A stretch of 64,000 nucleotides of DNA from Gammaproteobacteria bacterium UBA6940 (GTDB lineage Bacteria; Pseudomonadota; Gammaproteobacteria; Pseudomonadales; UBA6940), in assembly GCA_002450655.1 (NCBI GenBank), contig DJZY01000057.1, positions 39,128 to 103,127 on the forward strand. Direction: 5' to 3'. The translations under genes were made by a program, and so were the position numbers. The notes under the pieces are model-generated. The model saw only the letters and a program-made list of their open reading frames with translations, was not told the DNA's origin and ran no database searches. Each line of letters opens with the position of its first letter. Within the stretch, counting starts at the first letter, position 1. Positions 18,883 through 28,891 of this stretch are shown piece by piece.

Positions 18883-20631
18883 TTATGTTGATTCTTTTCC
18901 AAACTCATCTGCATAGGCGCTTAAAGTCGCCATTGCAAGATCCCTCATAAATGGCAAATGCTCCAAGGGTAAATCACCATGAATTAGGTGAGCCATAGTA
19001 TAAAAGTCCACAGACTTTGGTCCACGTCGCTTCGCATTTGAGTGAGCCCAAAAAGCCATACGATACAAACGAAGAGCCCATTTTTGACGAATCGGTTCAA
19101 ACACATGTTTCACACAATGTTCTATCACATTTACAGCTGCATCTGGAATATCGTTTTCAATATAGGTTTCTACATGATCACCAGCCTCAAACCAACCTGC
19201 AGCAAATTCACCTTGACGTAACCACTGGCCACTCGCATCCATCCCTTGGCGAATTTGAAATGGTGTTGGTTTTGTATCTGGATCTAGGTCTAATAAATAG
19301 ACATAGTCATCTGCATCAAAACTCCGTGGGTTAACCTGCGTATCGTGTAAAAGCTCTACCCAATGTAAAAATTCAGGCTTAGGAATAATATTGGAAATAC
19401 TGTTCCAGTGAAGTCCAAGTCTAAAAATAAACTCAACATACTCTTGGGTGACCTCAAGCGTAAATATGCTTTTTTGGAATGAACGGATAATGCGTTCACA
19501 AGCTGTCTTAGTGCTCCAGTCAGATGACCATACATCAATCCAACCAATATTTTCTTTGACAACACCAACAAAAATCTTAAACCCATGTTTACTTTTCATA
19601 AGGGTCATAATATTTTGTGCGCCAGAACCGTCAATACTGCTTGCAAGGTGTTTCACAACTTCAACTTCAGGCACAAGAGAATCATCTTCATTACAAGCCT
19701 CAGAGTTGCGAGTACGAGCCGCTCGAATAACATGGTCCAAGTCTGTATGCCTTGATGCGGGTAACCAGTTACGCATGCTGATGAGGCGACGTAAACCTGT
19801 TGGCGATAGTGTGTCAATAAAGTTCTCAAGCACCTGCAGCGCAATTAGAGAAACCTCTTCACACTTATGTAGCGCCATTAAAGGCATAAGCTCACGTATC
19901 TCTGAACGCTCGAAACTTAAGCCATGACTAAAGATATCAGCAAGGGTTTGCTCAGGTAAAAAAACCAATTGATTTTCGATACTATTAAAGCAATCAAACT
20001 CATCAACGACTTTGCCACCTTCGGAAATTTGATTCAACATGCTCAGAAAAGGATCTTGCCACTGCCAAGCACGATCGACCACATTGGATTTTGGTTGAGG
20101 AGCAGATGATTTCTTGATCTCTTCGTCAAATGCCATTTCCATCCAATTACGCATCACTTGTCGAACTTCGTAAGAGAACTGAAAACCAACATCACCAGCT
20201 AAGAGTAAAAAGTCGCGCAATGGCTCTTCAATAAGATCGATATGCTCTGTTTGCTTTTTAGTCTTCATTGAAATGAGATTTTTAACGGTTTTAACGATAG
20301 TCTCTTCAATTTTTTTCCATGCCTCTTGCGCAAACTGGCGAGAGTCACGAAAGTGAACGATAAGTTCATGCAAGCTTGCATGTACAATTTGCGCAAATGC
20401 TTCTAACTCTGCAGCTCTAGATCCTTCAGGATCAGTAGAAGTCGATGCTCCGTTTAAAATAAACTCATTCACAAGAAGGACTAGAGCATGATCAACGCGA
20501 GTCACGCCAGGTACATCAATGATGTCTTGCCATGCAGCTGGGTGGCCGCCTTGGAGTAAATGCTCACCATATTTTTGCAGTTGAGCCCGAATATCATTTT
20601 TATTACCATCTAATAGTGTTGGTGTACTCAA
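18883..20631 (-). CDS. Hypothetical protein
   Basis: 582-aa uninterrupted ORF and first gene of the co-directional run. No recognisable domain. Confidence 0.6.
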   Translation of the reverse strand: MSTPTLLDGNKNDIRAQLQKYGEHLLQGGHPAAWQDIIDVPGVTRVDHALVLLVNEFILNGASTSTDPEGSRAAELEAFAQIVHASLHELIVHFRDSRQFAQEAWKKIEETIVKTVKNLISMKTKKQTEHIDLIEEPLRDFLLLAGDVGFQFSYEVRQVMRNWMEMAFDEEIKKSSAPQPKSNVVDRAWQWQDPFLSMLNQISEGGKVVDEFDCFNSIENQLVFLPEQTLADIFSHGLSFERSEIRELMPLMALHKCEEVSLIALQVLENFIDTLSPTGLRRLISMRNWLPASRHTDLDHVIRAARTRNSEACNEDDSLVPEVEVVKHLASSIDGSGAQNIMTLMKSKHGFKIFVGVVKENIGWIDVWSSDWSTKTACERIIRSFQKSIFTLEVTQEYVEFIFRLGLHWNSISNIIPKPEFLHWVELLHDTQVNPRSFDADDYVYLLDLDPDTKPTPFQIRQGMDASGQWLRQGEFAAGWFEAGDHVETYIENDIPDAAVNVIEHCVKHVFEPIRQKWALRLYRMAFWAHSNAKRRGPKSVDFYTMAHLIHGDLPLEHLPFMRDLAMATLSAYADEFGKEST

Positions 20632-20881
20632 AACTCTCTCTCTTAAAAATAAAGAAGAAATAACTTAGATAGGCAGCGCTTCTACAATCTAAGCAGGTAT
20701 ATTCATTGGCGTATATCTATGTGAATACCAACATTATATACCCAAATTACAAGAGGGTATGAGCTGTCGGCAAAGAAAGTTAACAGATGGCGTGATCAGA
20801 CAGATCTAAAACCAAGAAAAAACAATTCTATATATAAAGTGATTTGCATAAAAGGCTTTAGATATAGAACGTCAATAGACA

Positions 20882-20909
20882 GAGTGTATAACGGAACTGT
20901 TATACACTC
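20882..20909. other. Perfect 11-bp inverted repeat (etfA terminator hairpin or operator)
   Basis: 'gagtgtataac' - ggaact - 'gttatacactc'. It lies 45 nt downstream of the etfA stop and about 250 nt upstream of the 582-aa gene. Confidence 0.35.
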
Positions 20910-20952
20910 AAGAGAAGAAAGCAGAGCTAGCCCTGCCCTTCTAATGTATCAC

Positions 20953-21882
20953 TTATAGAGCAGCTTCAAGCTCAGGAAGTGCTTCGAAAAGGTCACCAAC
21001 AAGGCCATAATCAGCCACTTGGAAAATTGGAGCTTCTTCGTCTTTGTTGATTGCAACAATAACTTTAGAATCTTTCATACCAGCAAGATGCTGGATTGCG
21101 CCGGAAATACCAACAGCAATATAAAGTTCTGGAGCAACAATTTTACCTGTTTGACCAACTTGATAATCGTTAGGCACGAAACCAGCATCGACTGCTGCAC
21201 GGCTTGCACCAATAGCAGCACCAAGCTTGTCAGCAATACCTTCAAGAAGCTTGAAGTTTTCACCACTGCCCATACCACGACCACCAGAAATAACAACGCT
21301 TGCAGCTGTTAGCTCTGGACGCTCAGACTCTGCTAGCTCTTCTTTAACGAAAGAAGAAACGCCAGCATCCCAAGAACCTTCAAGCTTGGATACTTCTGCA
21401 CTGCCGCCAGTTGCTGCAACTGGATCGAAAGCTGTAGCACGAACTGTAAGCACTTGCTTCGCATCTTGAGACTCTACGCTTGCGATCGCATTACCAGCAT
21501 AGATAGGACGCTTAAAGCTCTTGGCACCAGTGACTTCTACAACATCACTAATCATACCAACGTCAAGCGTGGCAGCAACGCGAGGCAGGAAGTTTTTACC
21601 AAGACTTGTCGCAGAAGCAAGAATTGCATCATAAGCTTGACCAACTTCAGCAACAAGCTTGCCTAGATTCTCAGCAAGGCCATGAGCAAGGCTCGCATCG
21701 TCAGCAACAAGTACTTTTCTTACACCAGCAAGTTGTGCTGCTGCTTCTGCTGCAGCATCAACGCCTGTACCAGCAACAAGTACGTCAATGTCGCCACCAA
21801 TTTTTTGTGCAGCAGCAAGAGTGCTTAACGTAGCGCCCTTGATTTTGCCTTCACCGTGTTCTGCAAATACTAAAACCGCCAT
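20953..21882 (-). CDS. etfA: Electron transfer flavoprotein alpha subunit
   Basis: 309 aa. '[13 protein letters not shown]', '[41 protein letters not shown]' are a canonical EtfA FAD-binding region. Confidence 0.95.
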   Translation of the reverse strand: MAVLVFAEHGEGKIKGATLSTLAAAQKIGGDIDVLVAGTGVDAAAEAAAQLAGVRKVLVADDASLAHGLAENLGKLVAEVGQAYDAILASATSLGKNFLPRVAATLDVGMISDVVEVTGAKSFKRPIYAGNAIASVESQDAKQVLTVRATAFDPVAATGGSAEVSKLEGSWDAGVSSFVKEELAESERPELTAASVVISGGRGMGSGENFKLLEGIADKLGAAIGASRAAVDAGFVPNDYQVGQTGKIVAPELYIAVGISGAIQHLAGMKDSKVIVAINKDEEAPIFQVADYGLVGDLFEALPELEAAL

Positions 21883-21883
21883 A

Positions 21884-22633
21884 TTAAATCACCTTCGCTT
21901 CATTCTTAAGTTTGTCTACTAGAGTTGCAACAGAATCAACTTTAACACCACCTTGGCGCTCTGCTGGTGGCGCTACTTGCGTTTGCTGTACGTATGTTTT
22001 AAGCGTTACACCGTAATCAGCAGGTGTTTTTGTTTCAAGAGGCTTTTTCTTTGCCTTCATGATGTTTGGAAGACTCGCGTAACGAGGCTCATTCAAACGA
22101 AGATCTGTTGTTACAACCGCAGGAAGGTTAAGCTGAACTGTTTGAAGACCACCGTCAATTTCACGAGTTACAGTCACTTTGTCACCTTCAACAGCAACTT
22201 CAGAAGCAAATGTACCTTGGCCAACATTCATAAGTGTTGCAAGCATTTGGCCTGTTTGGTTGTTATCACCATCGATAGATTGCTTACCAAGGATAACGAG
22301 CTGTGGCTGCTCGGCATCAACAACACCTTTAAGAAGCTTAGCAACGTCAAGTGGCTGAGCAGCTTCTTCAGTTTCAATATGAATTGCACGATCAATACCA
22401 AGTGCAAGAGATGTTCTCAGTTGCTCTTGTGCAGCCTTAGGGCCGATAGTCACAGAGACAAGCTCAGTTGCAACACCACGCTCTTTAAGGCGTACAGCTT
22501 CTTCTACAGCAATTTCACAGAATGGGTTCATTGCCATTTTCAAATTCGTTAGATCCACGTCGCTGTTATCAGCTTTTAACCGTGGTTTCACGTTGTAATC
22601 AATAACGCGTTTAACGGCCACTAAAATTTTCAT
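21884..22633 (-). CDS. etfB: Electron transfer flavoprotein beta subunit
   Basis: '[17 protein letters not shown]' is the canonical EtfB N-terminus. The start is placed at the ATG preceded by a GGGGA RBS (the ORF track starts 12 nt upstream). The stop abuts etfA. Confidence 0.95.
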   Translation of the reverse strand: MKILVAVKRVIDYNVKPRLKADNSDVDLTNLKMAMNPFCEIAVEEAVRLKERGVATELVSVTIGPKAAQEQLRTSLALGIDRAIHIETEEAAQPLDVAKLLKGVVDAEQPQLVILGKQSIDGDNNQTGQMLATLMNVGQGTFASEVAVEGDKVTVTREIDGGLQTVQLNLPAVVTTDLRLNEPRYASLPNIMKAKKKPLETKTPADYGVTLKTYVQQTQVAPPAERQGGVKVDSVATLVDKLKNEAKVI

Positions 22634-23014
22634 GCTTATCCCCATTTACATTTTTTGTCAGTGCTCGAAGCAACGCCCTTTACACTCACTAATCAAAATT
22701 CCGAGCTCGTTAGCACTCTACATTCAAAGAACACGAGCGTGAACAAGTTTATCAGCTACTTCAAGATAATGCCCTAGCCTTTAATCGTCAACCTGAAATT
22801 AAGGCTCTTAACCACTTTAAATTGGTTTCAATTTATACTACACGCACCTGAAGAGACCATAACTTCAGTGAAAAACTCCAAAATACTAGGCTTCGAACAA
22901 CACCTAAAAACAAGCCGCCAAAGTCCACAAAATTTTCGTAGAGTCTTAACAGTATTTTCGACATATCCGAATCAATTGTACTTCTCTAGGTATATGAAGT
23001 CACTCGTTAAAATT

Positions 23015-24184
23015 TCAAGGCTTCTCTTCATCATCTTTTTTCCGCCCCTTTGAATCAAATTGATACTCATCTGGAATTTCAAACTTCTGAGACAGGTATG
23101 GCTTATCTTGACGGCCTTTCTTGTATTCTTGCATTTGAAATACAAATGCAAGAATCTGTGCCACAGCTTTATACAAGCCACGAGGTATTTCTTTATCTAC
23201 ATCTGTTGTGTAATACACAGCACGACACAGCAATGGTGATTCAATTTGCATTATTTTATGGTGCGTACCAATTTCTCGAATCTTGAGTGCGAGTATATCA
23301 GCGCCCTTGGCGATCAGCTTTGGAGCACCGCCCTCGTCTGGTTTATATCGAAGCGCCACAGAAAAGTGAGTCGGGTTCGTGATAATAACGTCTGCTTCAG
23401 GGACATTGCCCATCATTTTACGTTGCGATAACTCTCGCTGTAGCTGACGAATACGGCCTTTGACTTCTGGTTTACCTTCAGTGTTTTTATATTCGTCTTT
23501 CACTTCCTGCTTTGTCATTTTGAGTTTTTGGCTGTTTTGATAGATTTGATAAGGCACATCAATTGCAGCGATAACAAAAGTCGTTGCCACTAATAAAAAA
23601 TACCCTACAAGCAGATGTCCAAGGCTACGGACAATGGCTTCCATGACAGGCAAGTTGGCCAAATCCATGTATTCACCGAGATGGGTGTAAATCCAAAAAA
23701 CCCCAACACTGCCAATTAAAATAAATTTAATCACAGCCTTTACAAGCTCAACTAAGCCATTTTTAGAGAAGACTCTTTCAGTCAGGCCTTTAATTGGGTC
23801 CATTTTTGACAGCTTTGGCTGCAGGGCTTGCAAACTAAAATTCCAACCACCAACAAGAATTGCAGAGGCAATTGCAGCTAAAAAAACGCCCACCAGTAGT
23901 AATAAAAAAACCTTTGCGACTTCGAGAATACCTGCCACAAGTGAGTCAACCATAACATGTGGCTCAAATGCAGCCATAGGCTCAAAGCCAAAGTTCACTT
24001 TGGCTACATCTAAAATTGGAGTCACCAACATAGAGCCAAGTGAAGTTGCAAAGGTTGCAGTCATCAGAAGTACTATCGCAGAAGAAAACTCTCGAGAGCG
24101 TGCCACCTGGCCCTTCTCTTTCGCTTCCTCCTGCTTCTTACTGGTGGGGTCTTCGGTGCGATCTTCACTTGAATCGTCAGCCAT
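23015..24184 (-). CDS. flhB: Flagellar type III export apparatus protein FlhB
   Basis: 389 aa. 'EDRTEDPTSKK' N-terminus, four TM segments, and the autocleavage motif 'NPTHFSVALRY'. Confidence 0.95.
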   Translation of the reverse strand: MADDSSEDRTEDPTSKKQEEAKEKGQVARSREFSSAIVLLMTATFATSLGSMLVTPILDVAKVNFGFEPMAAFEPHVMVDSLVAGILEVAKVFLLLLVGVFLAAIASAILVGGWNFSLQALQPKLSKMDPIKGLTERVFSKNGLVELVKAVIKFILIGSVGVFWIYTHLGEYMDLANLPVMEAIVRSLGHLLVGYFLLVATTFVIAAIDVPYQIYQNSQKLKMTKQEVKDEYKNTEGKPEVKGRIRQLQRELSQRKMMGNVPEADVIITNPTHFSVALRYKPDEGGAPKLIAKGADILALKIREIGTHHKIMQIESPLLCRAVYYTTDVDKEIPRGLYKAVAQILAFVFQMQEYKKGRQDKPYLSQKFEIPDEYQFDSKGRKKDDEEKP

Positions 24185-24950
24185 AGAACCCCCTCATAAG
24201 AATTAGGGCTTGTTCGGTGAGGACTTCAAATGTTGGTAAAATCCGTGGGAGACTGACACCCACAACGAGAATACCTACAACAACCGTAAAAGCGAAACCA
24301 AAAGAAAAAACATTAAACTGAGGCGCCATTTTTGAAATAACACCAAAGGTCAAGTTCACCATAAGAAGAGAAATAACAACAGGCAGAGCTATCAATAAAC
24401 CTGATGCAAATAACCAAGTGACAGTCTTAAACATAGACTGATTAATGAGTGATACTTTATCCCAAGCACTAAACCCAACAGGTAACTGATGAAAACTTTC
24501 CGCCATGACTTGAAACACAGCTAAATGGCCATTGGTACTAAAAAAGAAAATATTCGCCATCAGCAAATATAATTGTGAAATAGCAGCAACACTGACACCA
24601 TTCACAGGATCAACAAGCTGTGCAAAACCTAGACCTGCTTGCATGGCTATTGTCTGACCACCAACAACTAAGGCTTGAAAGAGCATTTGCACAACGAGCC
24701 CCATTGCAACACCAATTAAAAGCTCCTTTGCAGCAAGTACGACCCAGAGTAATGTGCCAGGCTCTGTTGCCGTCGTGATAGGTATCTGAGGCGCAATTGC
24801 AAAGGTAATCAGCATTGCAAGGATAATTCGAACAGACTTACCAACCAGCTGAGTGCCAATCAAAGGCATAACCATAAGCACACCACCGATACGTGTGAAT
24901 GGCAATGCATAGCTACTTATGTATTCAGTGTAGTAAGTCCCTAAATCCAT
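24177..24950 (-). CDS. fliR: Flagellar export apparatus protein FliR
   Basis: 257-aa polytopic membrane protein between fliQ and flhB. Overlaps flhB by 8 nt. Confidence 0.9.
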   Translation of the reverse strand: MDLGTYYTEYISSYALPFTRIGGVLMVMPLIGTQLVGKSVRIILAMLITFAIAPQIPITTATEPGTLLWVVLAAKELLIGVAMGLVVQMLFQALVVGGQTIAMQAGLGFAQLVDPVNGVSVAAISQLYLLMANIFFFSTNGHLAVFQVMAESFHQLPVGFSAWDKVSLINQSMFKTVTWLFASGLLIALPVVISLLMVNLTFGVISKMAPQFNVFSFGFAFTVVVGILVVGVSLPRILPTFEVLTEQALILMRGFYG

Positions 24951-24960
24951 AGTACGAGCT

Positions 24961-25227
24961 TCAATGAATAAAATGTTGTAAGTCGATCATAATACGACTG
25001 GTAAAATCTGCAACCAATGTACCAAGCCAATCGCCAGCAATCATAAGTGCAGCAAATGTTGCGAATAAGCGAGGTAAAAAACTCATGGTTTGTTCGTTAA
25101 TTTGAGTTGCAGCCTGAAACATCGACACAATGACACCAACAACCAAGCTTGGCAGTATAATGACGCTCACCATTGCACCGCAGATATAAATCGCTTCATA
25201 AAATAAATCGACGACATCTTGAACCAT
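24961..25227 (-). CDS. fliQ: Flagellar export apparatus protein FliQ
   Basis: 88 aa with two TM segments. 'AATQINEQTMSFLPRL' matches the conserved FliQ core. Confidence 0.9.
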   Translation of the reverse strand: MVQDVVDLFYEAIYICGAMVSVIILPSLVVGVIVSMFQAATQINEQTMSFLPRLFATFAALMIAGDWLGTLVADFTSRIMIDLQHFIH

Positions 25228-25244
25228 AGGACACCTCTTCTAGG

Positions 25245-26105
25245 TTAGATTCCGCGGAAACTCGTAGCCAGGGACCCTATGATTAATGTCCAGCCATCAA
25301 CGAAAACAAACAGCATAATTTTAAAAGGTAAGGAAACAATGAGCGGCGATAACATCATCATACCCATCGCCATAAGAACACTGGCAACAACCAAATCAAT
25401 AATCAAAAAAGGAATAAAGAGAATAAAGCCGATTTGAAACGCAGTCTTAAGCTCGCTGGTCACAAAAGCAGGCATAAGCACAGCCATTGGAATATCATCT
25501 TTATTTACTGCACCAGTTTTACCGCTGATATTCATAAAAAGTTGGATATCATCTTCACGTGTTTGCGCCATCATAAATCGCTTAAAGGGATCTATTGCGT
25601 TTTCTAATGCAACACTCGATTTAATTTCTTCGTTTAAATACGGCTGCAACGCATTTTCGTTTACCCTTTCAAACACAGGTGTCATGATAAAAAATGTCAT
25701 AAACAACGTTAAACCAATTAAAATCTGGTTCGATGGTGTTTGCTGTAAACCAATGGCTTGTCTTAAAATTGAAAAAACAATTAAGATTCTTGTAAATGAC
25801 GTCATGCTTAATATTAAGGCTGGTAATAACGTCAGCGAAGTCATGAGAAGCAAAATCTGTACAGATACAGAGTAATCTTCCCCACCTTCGCTATTAGGTG
25901 TGGTTTTCATCACTGGAAACTGAATATCGTCAAATTCCAAGGCGAAACTTGTTCTGGAAAGAAAAATGGCAACGAAGGCCAGTGTTGTAAAAAGCACTGA
26001 TCGACACCAATGCCCTTTTTTAAAAATTAAACTGCTTTTGTTAAGCAGAAGCGTCGCGCTCTGCGGAGTCCAATACTTTTGCAAATTCTGCCTCACTGTG
26101 AGCAT
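25245..26105 (-). CDS. fliP: Flagellar export apparatus protein FliP
   Basis: '[50 protein letters not shown]' is the canonical FliP core. The ORF start overlaps the fliO 3' end by 65 nt, so the true start is uncertain. Confidence 0.9.
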   Translation of the reverse strand: MLTVRQNLQKYWTPQSATLLLNKSSLIFKKGHWCRSVLFTTLAFVAIFLSRTSFALEFDDIQFPVMKTTPNSEGGEDYSVSVQILLLMTSLTLLPALILSMTSFTRILIVFSILRQAIGLQQTPSNQILIGLTLFMTFFIMTPVFERVNENALQPYLNEEIKSSVALENAIDPFKRFMMAQTREDDIQLFMNISGKTGAVNKDDIPMAVLMPAFVTSELKTAFQIGFILFIPFLIIDLVVASVLMAMGMMMLSPLIVSLPFKIMLFVFVDGWTLIIGSLATSFRGI

Positions 26106-26775
26106 CCTTGTTCACGTCAGAATCAGACTGCTGCTCTTTTCCATCCTTAGAAAATCGATGCAAAGTCTGAATTGAGTGTTGCGTGATACCAAGCAACAAC
26201 TCTTCACCATTCACCTTGAATAGTGCAATTTTTTCTTTTTGTCCAACCGAATAGACACTAATGCAGTCAATATTATTATGGCCGCCTCTCATGCGTGCAA
26301 GCTTGCCTGATTTTTTAAGCCAGTTTGATACCCACCAAAAACCAATGAGTAGCACAGTCAGCATACCAATTGTTTTTACGCCTTCCTGCATTAATGATGG
26401 AGCCTCTACAGCTTCTTCCGAAGTAGGCGCCTCTGGCTCATTTGAAGTAGCTTCAACATTATCAGGATGATTTATCACAAGCTCTTTTAAAGGCTTATTT
26501 TCTGGTAGCGCCTCATCAGATGGTGTTTCTGCAGCCGCAATATCTTGCATTTTTTTAGCATCATCAGACTCGGCTGCATTTTCAGTTTTTTGTTCAACCA
26601 CAGCCTCGGTATTCGCTGAAACTGCTTCTTCCGCAAACACATGAGTTGTACTGATAATCCCAAAACAGCTTAGACCAATTACCAGCCCTGCCTTCATTTT
26701 TATTTGCGTTGTTTGCAGCAAGTGTTTCACGTTTACCTCTTTCTTTGCTTTATCCCAATTTTCGAATACGCTCAC
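26041..26775 (-). CDS. fliO: FliO-like protein with a long N-terminal extension
   Basis: The C-terminal part (TM '[20 protein letters not shown]' followed by '[27 protein letters not shown]') is FliO-like and sits at the fliO position. About 120 extra acidic residues lie N-terminal to it. The start codon is ambiguous (GTG at 26775 or ATG at 26697). Confidence 0.65.
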   Translation of the reverse strand: MSVFENWDKAKKEVNVKHLLQTTQIKMKAGLVIGLSCFGIISTTHVFAEEAVSANTEAVVEQKTENAAESDDAKKMQDIAAAETPSDEALPENKPLKELVINHPDNVEATSNEPEAPTSEEAVEAPSLMQEGVKTIGMLTVLLIGFWWVSNWLKKSGKLARMRGGHNNIDCISVYSVGQKEKIALFKVNGEELLLGITQHSIQTLHRFSKDGKEQQSDSDVNKDAHSEAEFAKVLDSAERDASA

Positions 26776-27193
26776 TGGGGCTAATAATATCTGTCAAACG
26801 AATACCAAACTTCTCGTTGACCACAACAACCTCACCATGAGCAATTAAAGTGCCGTTCACCTTAACATCAAGGGCTTCACCAGCCAAGCGATCTAGTTCG
26901 ACGACAGAGCCTTGGTTGAGCTGTAAAAGATTTCGAATACTGAGATCAGTAGAGCCAACTTCCATCGAAATAGTGACCGGTATATCCAAAATAACGTCAA
27001 GATTTGGCGAGTCTTCATCATTTAATCGACTTCCAGTATCAACTAATGGCTCAAGCTCAGCTTTTTGTGCTTCCGCCATAAAGTCTTCTGCTGACATATC
27101 CCCCATATCGCCACCAGACTCGCCATCTTCTTGTTCACCAAGTGCAGCGGCCCATTCGGCTGCGAGAGCTTCATCATCTTGTTCATCGCTCAT
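26750..27193 (-). CDS. fliN: Flagellar motor switch protein FliN
   Basis: 147 aa. SpoA domain 'LDIPVTISMEVGSTDLSIRNLLQLNQGSVVELDRLAGEALDVKVNG.LIAHGEVVVV'. Confidence 0.9.
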   Translation of the reverse strand: MSDEQDDEALAAEWAAALGEQEDGESGGDMGDMSAEDFMAEAQKAELEPLVDTGSRLNDEDSPNLDVILDIPVTISMEVGSTDLSIRNLLQLNQGSVVELDRLAGEALDVKVNGTLIAHGEVVVVNEKFGIRLTDIISPSERIRKLG

Positions 27194-27221
27194 ATTGACA
27201 CCTCATTAAAAAAAATCTGTA

Positions 27222-28247
27222 TTACTTTTGTTTCTCGCGCAGTGGATCAGTTACAACTGGCTCTGCAACAGGCGTAGATTGTGGACGTGTTACTTTAATT
27301 TTATCTTCAATTTGCACTGCATATTTGCCACGTGAAGTGCCAAGCTTACCTTTAAAAATAGGGACATCTTGCGCATAGAGCGTTGCTTGCTCTGGCATAT
27401 CCACCATGATAATGTCGCCTTTTTTTAGCTTTGCCAGCTCACGTAATTTCATTTGATGTTTTAAAAGTTTTAATTGCATATGTACATTAGCAAGCATGAT
27501 ATCTTCACGCATTGCTATAGCCCAACGCTCATCAGTATCATCCGTATCACTTTGCACACCAGCATCAAGAATTTCACGAATCGGCTCTAACATTGAATAT
27601 GGAATCGTCAGGTGGATATCACCCCCGCCACCATCAAGCTCAACGTGGAATGTATTAACGACAACCACTTCACTAGGACTTACAATATTTGCTAAAGAAG
27701 GATTTACTTCCGAGCCCATATATTCAAATGTCACAGGATGAACTGGTGACCAAGCCTCTTCCATATCCTCAAAGGCTTTTTCCAACACAATTTGCACAAC
27801 TCTGTTTTCAGTTGGGGTAAATTCACGACCCTCAATTTTTACATGACGCCCTTCTCCACCAAAAAAATTATCAACCAGTTTAAAAACAAGTTTTGCATCA
27901 AAAATAAACAAGCCTGTACCTCTAAGTGGCCGCATTCTGACAAGGTTTAAACTTGTAGGTACTTGCAAACTGTAAAGGTATTCAGAAAATTTAATAATCT
28001 GAACACCCCCAGCAGCAACATCAGCAGTACGTCTTAAAAAACTAAACAAACTAATACGCGTATAACGAGCAAAACGTTCATTAATCATTTCTAGGGTCGG
28101 CATGCGACCACGAACAATACGGTCTTGAGAGCTTAAGTCATAACCTGATACGCCATCTGGTGAAACATCAGATTCAGTGTCTATATCGCCATCACCGACA
28201 CCATGTAAGAGCGCATCAATTTCGTCTTGAGATAAAAGATCTTGCAC
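27222..28247 (-). CDS. fliM: Flagellar motor switch protein FliM
   Basis: 341 aa. The N-terminal CheY-P binding motif 'LLSQDEIDALL' is present, and the middle and C-terminal domains are typical. Confidence 0.95.
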   Translation of the reverse strand: MQDLLSQDEIDALLHGVGDGDIDTESDVSPDGVSGYDLSSQDRIVRGRMPTLEMINERFARYTRISLFSFLRRTADVAAGGVQIIKFSEYLYSLQVPTSLNLVRMRPLRGTGLFIFDAKLVFKLVDNFFGGEGRHVKIEGREFTPTENRVVQIVLEKAFEDMEEAWSPVHPVTFEYMGSEVNPSLANIVSPSEVVVVNTFHVELDGGGGDIHLTIPYSMLEPIREILDAGVQSDTDDTDERWAIAMREDIMLANVHMQLKLLKHQMKLRELAKLKKGDIIMVDMPEQATLYAQDVPIFKGKLGTSRGKYAVQIEDKIKVTRPQSTPVAEPVVTDPLREKQK

Positions 28248-28270
28248 TTCTAGTCCTTACAAAAAAATGT

Positions 28271-28762
28271 TTATTGCAGCACAAAAATTGTGAAATATAA
28301 TTTTTCTACTGTAGGATCACCCAATTCATCAGAAAGCATCGTTTGCAATTCTTCAAGGGCAATATCACGCATTGCTTGTTTACCCTCTGGACTTCTGAGT
28401 TCTTCAAACTCCTGACTTTGAAAAACCTCTACAAGCTTGCTTTTGATTAAAGGCATATTTTCTTCTAATTTGGCCATCAAACCTGCATCACGCCCCATGA
28501 GCGTCACTTCGAGTTGAAGAAAGTGTGTTTTGCCTGCAGTATTAGCAAAATTGACAACAAATGAAGGTCTAATAGGCATGTAGATCGCTGGTTTAAAAGA
28601 GTCTTCAACAGGCGCAGCTGGCGCTGGCGCATCATCACCAGACATAAAGAAAAAAGCCGCACCACCAGCAATAATGACGAGTAATAAAACAATCACAATC
28701 AACATCATTTTTGATTTCGGTGCTTCCTGTTCCACATCCATTTGCAAATCTTTATCAGCCAT
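28271..28762 (-). CDS. fliL: Flagellar basal-body-associated protein FliL
   Basis: 163 aa with a single N-terminal TM segment. 'HFLQLEVTLM' is a FliL-type core. Position is upstream of fliM. Confidence 0.8.
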   Translation of the reverse strand: MADKDLQMDVEQEAPKSKMMLIVIVLLLVIIAGGAAFFFMSGDDAPAPAAPVEDSFKPAIYMPIRPSFVVNFANTAGKTHFLQLEVTLMGRDAGLMAKLEENMPLIKSKLVEVFQSQEFEELRSPEGKQAMRDIALEELQTMLSDELGDPTVEKLYFTIFVLQ

Positions 28763-28891
28763 TGCCTAAGGCTCCCTATCAATGTAATAAACACTTTCCG
28801 ACAGTGTTTGAAAAATTTAAAACGATAAAAGGTTCTTATGAGAATAGACAAAAAATACGTTATAACCAGATTGTCTATTTTGTTTTACACC

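Noticed and set aside
19017-19927. 105-aa and 159-aa plus-strand ORFs opposite the 582-aa gene
   Set aside because: They are nested antisense within a much longer uninterrupted ORF. They have no RBS and no recognisable motifs.
21953-22552. 199-aa plus-strand ORF, plus several 60-100-aa ORFs, antisense to etfB/etfA
   Set aside because: It lies entirely within the strongly supported etfB gene on the opposite strand. The translation is Cys/Phe/Leu-rich and low in complexity, as expected for a shadow ORF.
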